Shown one piece after another: positions 46,234 to 55,366 of a stretch of 64,000 nucleotides of DNA. The notes beneath the pieces are model-generated. The model had not been told where the DNA came from. It did not search any database and worked only from the letters and a program-made list of their open reading frames with translations. Origin of the DNA: a virus (lineage: Duplodnaviria > Caudoviricetes). Each line of letters opens with the position of its first letter. The first letter of the stretch is position 1. The DNA is taken from IMG/VR virus record IMGVR_UViG_3300030330_005471. One strand, given 5' to 3'. The position numbers were made by a program, and so were the translations under genes.

Positions 46234-46979
46234 TAGTGGCAGAAATAGGTTTGAATCATATGGGTTGTGAGAAGTATTTAATGGATTATGTTAAGCATTT
46301 GATAGATTCTCCTGTCGATGCTATAACCCTACAGATAAGAGAAGAAAAATTTTATAAAAATACAAATTTTGGGGATTTGACCCTAGAACAGAGTGTCTAT
46401 GATAAAGTTCATAAAATAGTGTCTTCTAATAAAAAGAAATTTGGAATAGCAATTTCAGATTTAAGTTATCTTTCGTATTTTAATGACAAAGTTGACTTCT
46501 ATAAAGTTTTAAGTAAAGACTTAAACAATGATGAAATCATGAACAAACTTATCAATCAAGTTGATAAGCCTATTTTTGTCTCAACGGGCCTGTCTTCATG
46601 TGATGAGATAAATTTATTTATAAATAAAATAAAAGTTGACAAGAAGAAAAACATAAGTTTAATACATACAAGATTGAGCAATAGGGTTGAAGATACTAAT
46701 TTAAAAGCAATAGAGAAGATGAAAAAACAATTCAAACTACCAGTAGCTTTTGGAAACCATTGTGAGAATCCAATGGTCACATACGCAGCTCTAGCTTTTG
46801 AACCCTCCGCTATTTTTTTATACATTAAAGGAAACAAGACCATTCAGCATCCTGACAACAATCACGCAATTCTTTTAAAGGATATCAGAGAATATTCAAC
46901 AAATATTAAACAAATTGTAAAGTCTATTGGTAATGGACACAAAGAAATAACACATAACTCAATAAAGGGGCAAATATGA
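46230..46979 (+). CDS. NeuB-family nonulosonate synthase (short, divergent)
   Basis: IVAEIGLNHMG, KP..VSTG, HPD; lacks SAF domain. Confidence 0.75.
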   Translation: MIVAEIGLNHMGCEKYLMDYVKHLIDSPVDAITLQIREEKFYKNTNFGDLTLEQSVYDKVHKIVSSNKKKFGIAISDLSYLSYFNDKVDFYKVLSKDLNNDEIMNKLINQVDKPIFVSTGLSSCDEINLFINKIKVDKKKNISLIHTRLSNRVEDTNLKAIEKMKKQFKLPVAFGNHCENPMVTYAALAFEPSAIFLYIKGNKTIQHPDNNHAILLKDIREYSTNIKQIVKSIGNGHKEITHNSIKGQI

Positions 46980-47626
46980 GCAAAAAAGCAGTAGTAGTAG
47001 CAGGTTCCAGAGGTATAGGTAAAGCAATCGCGGACTGCCTCTCAGACTTAAATTTTGATGTACTGGCTACCTCAAAAAAAGACCTAGATACATCAAATTT
47101 AAAAACAGTAAAAGAATTTATAAATAAAAATCAAGAAACAGACGTCTTAGTACTAAACACAGGGGGTCCACCCGCTATTAACTTTTACAACATAACAGAA
47201 GATGAATTTCAAAAGTACCATAATCAACTATTCTTGAGTTTCTGCTTGATGCTGCAGAATATTGAGATAAGAGATGGGGGATATGTTTTCTTAATTTCTT
47301 CATTCAATATTAAGGAACCAAATCCGAAACTCTTACTTTCTAATTGCTACAGAATAGCATTTACTAGTGTTTTAAAGTCTCTTTCAAGAGAATTATCAAA
47401 GAGAAATGTAACCTGCATAAACATAGCACCCGGACCAATAAAAACTGAAAGGTTGTATAATTTGGTAGAGAACATGGAAGAGTTTGAAAAACAATTACCA
47501 CTACAGCGAGCCGCTGAACCATCAGAACTAGGACTTTTTGTAAAAACAATTGTTGAAAATAACATAAAATACTTGAATGGTGTCACAATTAATTTTGACG
47601 GTGGTCATTCAAATTATGTTTTATAA
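46976..47626 (+). CDS. short-chain dehydrogenase/reductase
   Basis: GSRGIG, NTGGP, IAPGPI.T, DGG. Confidence 0.85.
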   Translation: MSKKAVVVAGSRGIGKAIADCLSDLNFDVLATSKKDLDTSNLKTVKEFINKNQETDVLVLNTGGPPAINFYNITEDEFQKYHNQLFLSFCLMLQNIEIRDGGYVFLISSFNIKEPNPKLLLSNCYRIAFTSVLKSLSRELSKRNVTCINIAPGPIKTERLYNLVENMEEFEKQLPLQRAAEPSELGLFVKTIVENNIKYLNGVTINFDGGHSNYVL

Positions 47627-47652
47627 ATTTATATTTTAAAAAAGGAAAAAAA

Positions 47653-49110
47653 ATGTTTTATATTTTTGAAATGGCAAATAATCACCAAGGCAGCGTTGAA
47701 CATGCTAAAAAGATTATAGATGAATTTGCTGCTCTATCGGCTAAAATGAAAATAAGATCGGGCATTAAATTGCAATTTAGACAATTAGATACGTTTATTC
47801 ACAAAGACTTTAAAAATTCTGATTTAAAGTTTGTTAAAAGATTTAATTCAACAAGACTGTCGAAAGAGCAGTTTTTAGAAATAGTAGAATATATCAAGGA
47901 CTCTGGTATGGTTCCTATAGCAACACCATTCGATAATGAGTCTTTATCTTGGTTTGAAGAATTTGAAATACCAGTTGTCAAAGTAGCAAGTTGCTCTGTT
48001 GACGATTGGCCACTGTTGAATGAAATATGCAAAATTAATAAAAAAATAATTATCTCAACTGCTGGTGCTGATTTTAAAACACTGAAAAAAGTTTATAGAT
48101 TGTTTAAAACAAACAAAAGAGATTTTTCCTTTATGCACTGTGTTGGCGAGTACCCAACTCCTATTGAAAATTCAAATTTAGAAAGGATAGAGCTTTTAAA
48201 AGCTGAATTTTGTGATGTAGAAATTGGCTTTTCAACACACGAATCGCCAAACCAAAAATCAATGAGTCCATATGCTGTCGCAATGGGTTGTACTATTTTA
48301 GAAAAACATGTAGGAGTAGAGACTGACACTATCAAGCTCAATGCATACTCCAACACTTCTAAGCAAATGGAAGAAACAATAAGAGAAATACAATTAGTCC
48401 AATCCGCTATAACAGGTGTGTCTGCTATAGAAACAGAGTCGCTGCTAAGATTGAAAAGAGGTGCCTATCTCAAAAATAATTTAAAAGCAGGTCAAACAAT
48501 AAAAGAAGAAGATATCTATTACGCAATGCCAGTACAAGACAACCAGTTTAACGCGTCGAACATAGATTCTTATTTAAATAAAAAGGTTGCTGAAAATCTA
48601 AGAATGGACTCGCCATTGATGAAAAATTGCATAGCAAACGAAAATTCTGATACTATTGAAATCATCAAAGCAAAGATAGCTAAAATTCTTAGTGAGGCGA
48701 AAATTGCTATGTCTGGGTTTGAAAAAATTCAACTTTCTTGCCACTATGGTTTAGACAATTTTTATGAATACGGAGCAGTAATTGTCGATAAAATAAACAG
48801 AGAATATTGCAAGAAACTAATCATTATGATGCCTCAACAAAAACATCCATCACATAGACATATAAAAAAAGAGGAGGCATTTGAGCTGTTACATGGAGAT
48901 TGCACGTTATTTCTAAATGACAAAGAAATATGCTTACAAAAGGGTATGCCTGTGTTGATACCCAGAGGCGTTCGACATTCTTTTACTAGTAAAACAGGCT
49001 GTGTCATAGAGGAAATTTCAACAACTCATCACATTGGAGACTCAATTTACGAAGATGTGAAGATAAACACGTTAAATATTTCCGACAGGAAAATAAACAT
49101 AAAAGTATAA
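47653..49110 (+). CDS. neuB: NeuB-family synthase + SAF + cupin fusion
   Basis: EMANNHQG, TPFD, KVAS, HCV..YP, GFSTH, LEKH; C-terminal HPSHRH..KEE.F..H.F..EEIST. Confidence 0.85.
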   Translation: MFYIFEMANNHQGSVEHAKKIIDEFAALSAKMKIRSGIKLQFRQLDTFIHKDFKNSDLKFVKRFNSTRLSKEQFLEIVEYIKDSGMVPIATPFDNESLSWFEEFEIPVVKVASCSVDDWPLLNEICKINKKIIISTAGADFKTLKKVYRLFKTNKRDFSFMHCVGEYPTPIENSNLERIELLKAEFCDVEIGFSTHESPNQKSMSPYAVAMGCTILEKHVGVETDTIKLNAYSNTSKQMEETIREIQLVQSAITGVSAIETESLLRLKRGAYLKNNLKAGQTIKEEDIYYAMPVQDNQFNASNIDSYLNKKVAENLRMDSPLMKNCIANENSDTIEIIKAKIAKILSEAKIAMSGFEKIQLSCHYGLDNFYEYGAVIVDKINREYCKKLIIMMPQQKHPSHRHIKKEEAFELLHGDCTLFLNDKEICLQKGMPVLIPRGVRHSFTSKTGCVIEEISTTHHIGDSIYEDVKINTLNISDRKINIKV

Positions 49111-49119
49111 AGGAAAACA

Positions 49120-49899
49120 ATGAATTTTAAAGAAAAATTTGATAAGTTTGGTTTTTTAGTCCTTAGAAAAGCTTTTGATGTTGAAGCTTGTAAGGTTCTA
49201 AAAGAAACAATTTTAGAATATTTCACAAACGAACAAGGACAACTATTAAAAAATACGACCAAAAACTATAGAGACGGAAAACAATGCACTGCACCTATGG
49301 CTTTTAATAACGTGGAATTATATAAATTGAATACAATATTTAATAACAAAAAACTGAACGACACACTAAACGATATAACTGGAAATAAACTAATGTTTCT
49401 TCATCATTCTGATGCTCATGTGGATACTGTTGCTGGAAAAGGATGGCACACAGACGCCATAAACAATTCTGACGGTAGGCAAGGTCGACGATGGAAAGAT
49501 ATGTACATAACTAAGGATTTTTGGTCAATTCAAGATAAAGAAAAATATTGTGTAATAAGAATAGCACTATACCTGCAACAACACACAGATGATAAAAATG
49601 GCCTATTTGTCAGAGCTGGTAGTCACAATAAAGGCAAAATTCAAAAAGAGCTTTATGTTAAAACAAATTTAGGAGATGTCATATTATTTGATGCAAGACT
49701 CCAGCATCGTGGAGGCTCAACTGTTAGAAAAGGTGACAAAAGAGCAGCAATTTTTTGGGCCATGGGGCGAGATAACGTTTTTTCTCATGAACATGCCAAC
49801 GCAGCTATAGCAAGACAAATACACCAACTTGGGATACATGAATACATAATGAATATGCAAGTAAAAAAAATTTTAGATAAGAATAATATAGGATACTAA
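49120..49899 (+). CDS. 2OG-Fe(II) dioxygenase (PhyH-like)
   Basis: WHTD, GSH, GDVILFD.RL.HRG. Confidence 0.8.
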   Translation: MNFKEKFDKFGFLVLRKAFDVEACKVLKETILEYFTNEQGQLLKNTTKNYRDGKQCTAPMAFNNVELYKLNTIFNNKKLNDTLNDITGNKLMFLHHSDAHVDTVAGKGWHTDAINNSDGRQGRRWKDMYITKDFWSIQDKEKYCVIRIALYLQQHTDDKNGLFVRAGSHNKGKIQKELYVKTNLGDVILFDARLQHRGGSTVRKGDKRAAIFWAMGRDNVFSHEHANAAIARQIHQLGIHEYIMNMQVKKILDKNNIGY

Positions 49900-50829
49900 A
49901 TGAGTTTAGCAATTTTTATAAAAAGTGCTGGTGACAATATAAACAAAGAGAATCTAAAAGATACTTTATCTTCTATTGTCAAAAACACAAAAGAAGAATT
50001 TGAACTACATTTGGTTTTGGAAGAATCTCAAAAAAAAGTCTTAAATGGTCTGAAAATTGATAAACACTTAGGATCTGTAAAAACAGCAAATCCTAAAACA
50101 TCTTGGGCTGAAGACTTTAATATGTTTTTCGATTCGGTAAAAAATACTCATGAGTGGTTGCTTTATTGTCATGATGACCTTGAAATTTTAACACCGGGCT
50201 GGTTCACAAAAAGTAAAAAAATTGTAGGAAGTCGGCAAGATATTGGATGGATAACATATAGTCAACCAACTTGGTATATGCACTATGGCGAGCCAAGATC
50301 TCAAGTTGCAAGACCCGGTTTTCATTCTGATAGGTTTTCTTATCCTTGTATTCATGAGTGTCACAAATACGATAGAGGCCGAGACTGGAACAATAAAAAA
50401 TTAATGAAGGAAAAATTACATTTGCCAAAAAAGCCTGTAAAAATACATGGGCCATACTCTGTCTTTAATTTAATAAAAATGCATAACATGAAAAAAATTG
50501 GATTTTGTGAAGATTGGAATCCATACACAATGTTAATTGATGAGGATTGGGCACTTGAGTCGTTAAAAAACAATCTTATCAATATTTGGATTCCGAATGT
50601 GTTTTATCTACACCCATTAAGATGGAAAGAAAGAAAATCACCAGACCGGTTCAAAAAACAAGCTCAAAAAGGTTTTTTCAATAAATGGGGCTTCAACGGA
50701 GGAACAGCCCACATTACGGACAACGAAATAGAATATATCTGTGAGCGCTATGCTGATACCAATGTTCCTTGGTCTAGGAACAGACTTTCTTATGACTGGG
50801 AATATATAGAGGAAAATCATAATGAATAA
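49900..50829 (+). CDS. GT-A glycosyltransferase (GT2-like)
   Basis: YCHDD DxD-type motif; DEDW. Confidence 0.65.
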   Translation: MSLAIFIKSAGDNINKENLKDTLSSIVKNTKEEFELHLVLEESQKKVLNGLKIDKHLGSVKTANPKTSWAEDFNMFFDSVKNTHEWLLYCHDDLEILTPGWFTKSKKIVGSRQDIGWITYSQPTWYMHYGEPRSQVARPGFHSDRFSYPCIHECHKYDRGRDWNNKKLMKEKLHLPKKPVKIHGPYSVFNLIKMHNMKKIGFCEDWNPYTMLIDEDWALESLKNNLINIWIPNVFYLHPLRWKERKSPDRFKKQAQKGFFNKWGFNGGTAHITDNEIEYICERYADTNVPWSRNRLSYDWEYIEENHNE

Positions 50830-51418
50830 CGAAAATTATAGGTTTTGGAAAAAAGTTTGGAATTCGAAGGGAGAAAGCAACAGTGTAGATCTTTTGTTCC
50901 TAGATGGTTATGAACACTTAGAGTCCAATTTTTCAAGTCAACAAATTACACAAGAAATTATCAATAGCTTGAAAATTAATAATACAGATCGTGTCTTAGA
51001 AGTTGCTTGTGGTTGTGGGTTTTTATCCAGAGAATTTAATAATTTATGCACTTATGTAGGAGTTGATTACTCAAAACCAATAATTGCAAAGCACAAAGAA
51101 CTATTCAAACATGAGGTGTATGTTTGTGAGTCTAACAATTTGTTTTTTCAGGACAATAGTTTTGACCATGTGTTTTGTTATGGACTATTTCAGTACCTGC
51201 CAAATATAGAATATGCCGAACAGACTATAGCCGAGATGTGCAGGGTTTCAAAAAACGGTATTTATTTGGGAGATCTAAAGAAAACAAAAACCAGAGATCA
51301 ACACTTTGTTTATCCGGTGTTTAAATTACAAGATAAAGATTTTAGATTTAGCAAGTGTATACACACACCTAAAAATCAAGATCGGTTCAATGCGTACAAA
51401 ATAAAAGGAGAAGTATGA
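50822..51418 (+). CDS. class I SAM methyltransferase
   Basis: VLEVACGCG, GVDYS, DNSFD. Confidence 0.85.
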   Translation: MNNENYRFWKKVWNSKGESNSVDLLFLDGYEHLESNFSSQQITQEIINSLKINNTDRVLEVACGCGFLSREFNNLCTYVGVDYSKPIIAKHKELFKHEVYVCESNNLFFQDNSFDHVFCYGLFQYLPNIEYAEQTIAEMCRVSKNGIYLGDLKKTKTRDQHFVYPVFKLQDKDFRFSKCIHTPKNQDRFNAYKIKGEV

Positions 51419-51972
51419 TTTGGAATGAAATTTTATGCGTAGGAGATTCAATCACTTACGGAGCTAGAGATGAGTTTGGAAGATCCTTCCCAGCTGAATT
51501 GGCACAAATGTTGACAAATGAAACTGGTGAAGTGTATTTCTGTCACAATCATGGTGTAAACGGAGAAACAAGTTCCGACTTGTTGAGAAGGATTTGGAAA
51601 GCCTGCAGTTCGCACAAAGAGAGTAAGATAATGACTATTCTCATAGGAACTAATGATACACAAAAAGATATCCCCACTAACATCTATGAAGACAATTTGA
51701 GGCAAATTATAACAACGGGAAAAATTTTTAAAAAACACATCTTCCTCTTGACTCTTCCAAAACTGGACTTTACTCCTTTGTATTTAACAAATTCTAATAA
51801 CATAAATGAATACAATTTGATTATCAAAAAACTAGCATTGGAGTATAATTTAAATTTAATTAATCTAAATGGTGTTGAAAAACACTACATTGACGGAGTT
51901 CATTTTAAAAATTCCGGAAATATAGAAATAGCAAAAAGAATAAAAACGGTAATATTAAATTCACAAACTTAG
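51415..51972 (+). CDS. SGNH/GDSL hydrolase or acyltransferase
   Basis: GDSITYG, GTND, DGVH. Confidence 0.88.
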   Translation: MIWNEILCVGDSITYGARDEFGRSFPAELAQMLTNETGEVYFCHNHGVNGETSSDLLRRIWKACSSHKESKIMTILIGTNDTQKDIPTNIYEDNLRQIITTGKIFKKHIFLLTLPKLDFTPLYLTNSNNINEYNLIIKKLALEYNLNLINLNGVEKHYIDGVHFKNSGNIEIAKRIKTVILNSQT

Positions 51973-51981
51973 GAGAAAAAA

Positions 51982-52929
51982 ATGAAAATATTAATAACAG
52001 GTTGTAAAGGAGTTGTGGGTTCAAAATTATTTGAAGTTTTGTCAAATAATGGCCACGATGTTTTTGGAGTTGACCTTATGCATACTAATGATGTTTATGG
52101 CCACGGCCTTGGCTCCGTTGCTGAACAAAATTATTTTCGTTGTGACATTTCTGAATATAGACAAATATCTTCTGTCGTAGAATTTGTAAAACCAGATCTG
52201 ATTTACAATTGTGCTGCTGAATTTGGAAGATGGAATGGTGAACATTTTTACGAACATGTTTGGAGAACAAATACTATAGGTTTAAAACACATTATCAGAT
52301 TGCAAGAAAAGTATCGGTTTAAGCTAATACAATGTTCAACATCAGAAGTGTATGGTGATTATTATGATGTTATGTGGGAAAATGTTCTAAATAAAACACC
52401 AATTGTTCAATTAAATGATTATGCTATCTCAAAAAGAGCTAACGAGATGCAAATTTTTAATTCAAGAACACAATATGACACGGAAACAGTCATAGTTAGG
52501 ATATTCAACACCTATGGTCCCGGTGAGTGGTATCATCCATTTAGAAGTGTAAACTGCTTGTTTACATACAATTTATTACATAATAAACCAATAACTGTCT
52601 TTTCTGGTCATACGAGAACAAGTACCTATATTTATGATTGTGTTGATGCACTATCGGAAATAGCGAACAATTTTAAAAACGGAGAAATATACAATCTAGC
52701 CTCAACACAACATCATACAATAGAATATTTGGCAAATTTGATACTTGAAGAAACTGGTGCTGATCCTTCTTTGGTTAGTTGGTGTAACACCAGTGAAATT
52801 TTAACCACCAAAGACAAATTTGTAAATGCAGAAAAAGCTGCACGGGACTTAAAAATGAAAGAAAGTGTCACACTAAAAGAAGGAGTAAACAGAACAGTTA
52901 AGTGGATGAGGGAGTTTTACAGAGTATGA
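51982..52929 (+). CDS. NAD-dependent epimerase/dehydratase
   Basis: ITGCKGVVG, STSEVYG, YAISK, RIFNTYGPG. Confidence 0.9.
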   Translation: MKILITGCKGVVGSKLFEVLSNNGHDVFGVDLMHTNDVYGHGLGSVAEQNYFRCDISEYRQISSVVEFVKPDLIYNCAAEFGRWNGEHFYEHVWRTNTIGLKHIIRLQEKYRFKLIQCSTSEVYGDYYDVMWENVLNKTPIVQLNDYAISKRANEMQIFNSRTQYDTETVIVRIFNTYGPGEWYHPFRSVNCLFTYNLLHNKPITVFSGHTRTSTYIYDCVDALSEIANNFKNGEIYNLASTQHHTIEYLANLILEETGADPSLVSWCNTSEILTTKDKFVNAEKAARDLKMKESVTLKEGVNRTVKWMREFYRV

Positions 52930-53594
52930 AATTCTTACATAGTCTTAAAAATTGTAGAGCTTTCTTAAAAGGAGATATTCATCCAAGCGATACCTGTTCA
53001 GTCGTTGGAAATTCAGGTGTTTTATTGAAACAAAACAATGGCACCATAATAGATAGTGCAGAACAGGTCATAAGATTCAATTGGGCAAAGTGTAATGGCT
53101 TTGAAAATCATGTTGGCCGCAAAACAACAATAAGAGTGGTGAATTGTCATCTTATCTTAAACATAGATAACAAAGAATATTTTAAAGTGCAGAAGCAGAG
53201 ATACCCTTCATTAGATAGATACGAGTTGTACAATTTTAAAGATGAAATTATAGTTTTCAAAACAGATCCAAGCTGGCAACTGTGGAAGAAAAAAGAAATT
53301 ATATCAAAGGTTGAGAAAAATAATGAGGTATTCTTTATTCATGAAGATTTTTATAATTTAGCAAAAAAAATAAATAATAACAAAGAAGCATCAAATGGGT
53401 TTATTGGTGTTTTACTATCACTAAGAAATAATGTCACAACAAACTGTTTTGGATTTTCTTTTTATAAGGACAATGAAAAAAAACATTATTACGAAAAAGT
53501 AGTTTATGATAAACAACACTTGGGTCACAACTTTGATTTAGAACACAAGTGGTTTAGCTTATTTGAAAAGAATAAGTTAATTAAGATATATTGA
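52926..53594 (+). CDS. GT29-family sialyltransferase
   Basis: Sialylmotif L CSVVGNSG.L....G..ID....VIRFN.A...FE..VG.KT; S-like SNG..G.....FGF; motif III HYYE; VS H....E. Confidence 0.85.
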   Translation: MKFLHSLKNCRAFLKGDIHPSDTCSVVGNSGVLLKQNNGTIIDSAEQVIRFNWAKCNGFENHVGRKTTIRVVNCHLILNIDNKEYFKVQKQRYPSLDRYELYNFKDEIIVFKTDPSWQLWKKKEIISKVEKNNEVFFIHEDFYNLAKKINNNKEASNGFIGVLLSLRNNVTTNCFGFSFYKDNEKKHYYEKVVYDKQHLGHNFDLEHKWFSLFEKNKLIKIY

Positions 53595-53608
53595 AAAAAG
53601 GAGAAAAA

Positions 53609-53800
53609 ATGAAATTATCTGATCAAGCAATGGGAGCCATCATGATGGCGCTGCAAAAATCCCTATTAGAACAAACGGACATTGTCCCTGTTCTTAAAAA
53701 CTTTGAGCTGGAACTTATGGACGATGGAACTCTTCTTGTCAAGAATCCACCAGTTGTGAAAGCCAAAAAGACCCCAACAATCTTAACAGGAAAAGAGTAA
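53609..53800 (+). CDS. conserved hypothetical protein
   Basis: AGGAG RBS. Confidence 0.7.
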   Translation: MKLSDQAMGAIMMALQKSLLEQTDIVPVLKNFELELMDDGTLLVKNPPVVKAKKTPTILTGKE

Positions 53801-54051
53801 TGCCTAGGTATGTTTACGAATGCTCAGGTTGCGGTGGTCAATTTCAAACGGTTCATGGGATGAACGAAGAGCAACACAAGTGCGAGCTTTGCTTTTCGTT
53901 TGTCTCGGAGCTTAAGAGAATACCTCAAATGACCTACACTCAAAATAAAGAAACTCAATCAGCTCAGAGAGTAAAAGAGGCCATTGAAGAGAATCGAGAG
54001 ATTCTTAGACAAGCTTCAAAAGAAGCAAAGGACAAAACATATGACGGTTAA
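53800..54051 (+). CDS. FmdB-like zinc-ribbon protein
   Basis: MPRYVYECSGCG...CELC. Confidence 0.8.
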   Translation: MPRYVYECSGCGGQFQTVHGMNEEQHKCELCFSFVSELKRIPQMTYTQNKETQSAQRVKEAIEENREILRQASKEAKDKTYDG

Positions 54052-54427
54052 CATAGCTCTTATAATAGCCCTAGTAGTATCCATAGGTATCAATATTTTC
54101 GGGTTTTGGTATGTTAGGGATATATTAGGTAGGTTAACTTGGATAAGTCAAAATATCACTGATATTGCGCAAGTAATAGCTATTTATCAAGGCCACTTGA
54201 AAGCAATATTTAACCTAGAGCAGTTCTATGGAGATAAAGAGATTGAAGGTCTTGTTGAACATACAAGGGCGACGATAGAAATATTAGAGGATTACCAAAC
54301 AGCAGTTTTAGAATTAGAGCCTGTTGAAGTGGAGGACACAAACCAAGAGGAAATAAATAATGCCGAAGAAGAAGAAAGCATCGAAAAGGATGTACTTTAC
54401 GCAGGTACACGAAGACGCGATAGTTGA
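54041..54427 (+). CDS. membrane-anchored hypothetical protein
   Basis: N-terminal TM segment. Confidence 0.65.
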   Translation: MTVNIALIIALVVSIGINIFGFWYVRDILGRLTWISQNITDIAQVIAIYQGHLKAIFNLEQFYGDKEIEGLVEHTRATIEILEDYQTAVLELEPVEVEDTNQEEINNAEEEESIEKDVLYAGTRRRDS

Positions 54428-55052
54428 GTACTGCTTAGAAAACACAACGTTTAAAAGGAGATCTCAATTGTATGAAGATCTCATTCAACCAGCTTTTAGT
54501 GAGATGGTGGATAAGATAGTCTATACATATCGCTTTACAACGCTCCCAAACATTGATGAGCTGCGTGACGACTGTAAGGTATGGTTAACCACTATCTTAG
54601 CAAAATACGACCCTAATAGGGGTTCTAAGGCATTTTCTTACTTTAGTGTAATAACTAAGAACTGGTTCATCCATCAAGTAAAGAAGACATCTAAAAGAGC
54701 CAAGAGAGAAGTTGATTTTGATCTCGTTGCTGGAGAGGTATACAACAAAGTTATGATGGCTGAGGATGAATATCATCATATTCAAGAACAAAAAGAATTT
54801 TGGGAACAACTTTGGAACGAGATCAACAGTTGGGATTCTAAACAGATGTCCGAAAACGAAAAGAAGGTATATGATGCCGTTAAGGTTCTTTTAGAGTCAA
54901 TTGATGATATCGAAATCTTTAACAAAAAGGCTGTTTATCTCTATCTCCGAGAATTGACCGGCTTGTCTACAAAACAAATCGTATCTCAGCTCAACAAAAT
55001 GAGAAAAAAGTATCGTGTGTTTAGATCAGATTGGGATAACGGTAAAATTTAA
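54360..55052 (+). CDS. phage late sigma factor (gp55-like)
   Basis: Region-2-like YDPNRGSKAFSYFSVITKNWFI. Confidence 0.7.
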   Translation: MPKKKKASKRMYFTQVHEDAIVEYCLENTTFKRRSQLYEDLIQPAFSEMVDKIVYTYRFTTLPNIDELRDDCKVWLTTILAKYDPNRGSKAFSYFSVITKNWFIHQVKKTSKRAKREVDFDLVAGEVYNKVMMAEDEYHHIQEQKEFWEQLWNEINSWDSKQMSENEKKVYDAVKVLLESIDDIEIFNKKAVYLYLRELTGLSTKQIVSQLNKMRKKYRVFRSDWDNGKI

Positions 55053-55069
55053 ATATTTCTATTTATTGT

Positions 55070-55366
55070 ATGAGTAAAAAATTAGATGACATAATAGAGA
55101 AAGCTCTTAAAAACATTGAAAAGGATCGCGAGGTAACTCGAGATCTCTTGGATGATGCAATTAATTATCTTTCAAAAGATGAGTCTCGCCATCGAGACAT
55201 TGGCATGACATTGGCTAAATATGTTGAGGTTCTTCAACGTTCAAACGAGCAAATGGTCAAAGTCGCTTCTTTGGTTCAAAAAGAGGAAAAAACTGCCGAT
55301 GGCTTGTCGGAGAAAGATATGGAAGATATCTTCTCTATGATTGACAAGGAGAAGAGTAATGAGTAA
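55070..55366 (+). CDS. hypothetical protein (probably leaderless)
   Basis: ATG 4 nt after CTATTTA. Confidence 0.7.
   Translation: MSKKLDDIIEKALKNIEKDREVTRDLLDDAINYLSKDESRHRDIGMTLAKYVEVLQRSNEQMVKVASLVQKEEKTADGLSEKDMEDIFSMIDKEKSNE

Larger units (their letters stand above)
23126..55065 (+). promoter_or_regulatory. recurrent candidate late promoter (C/A)TAnTTA
   Basis: At 23126,25386,25957,26965,29467,29907,31446,32144,36134,37346,55059; also 1622 (+) and 1570-1576 (-); each just upstream of a gene. Confidence 0.65.

Noticed and set aside
34566-53594. Eukaryotic giant virus origin (PMM, GT29, kinase)
   Set aside because: Pervasive SD sequences, sigma70 promoters, operon overlaps, PhoH and a phage sigma indicate a bacteriophage
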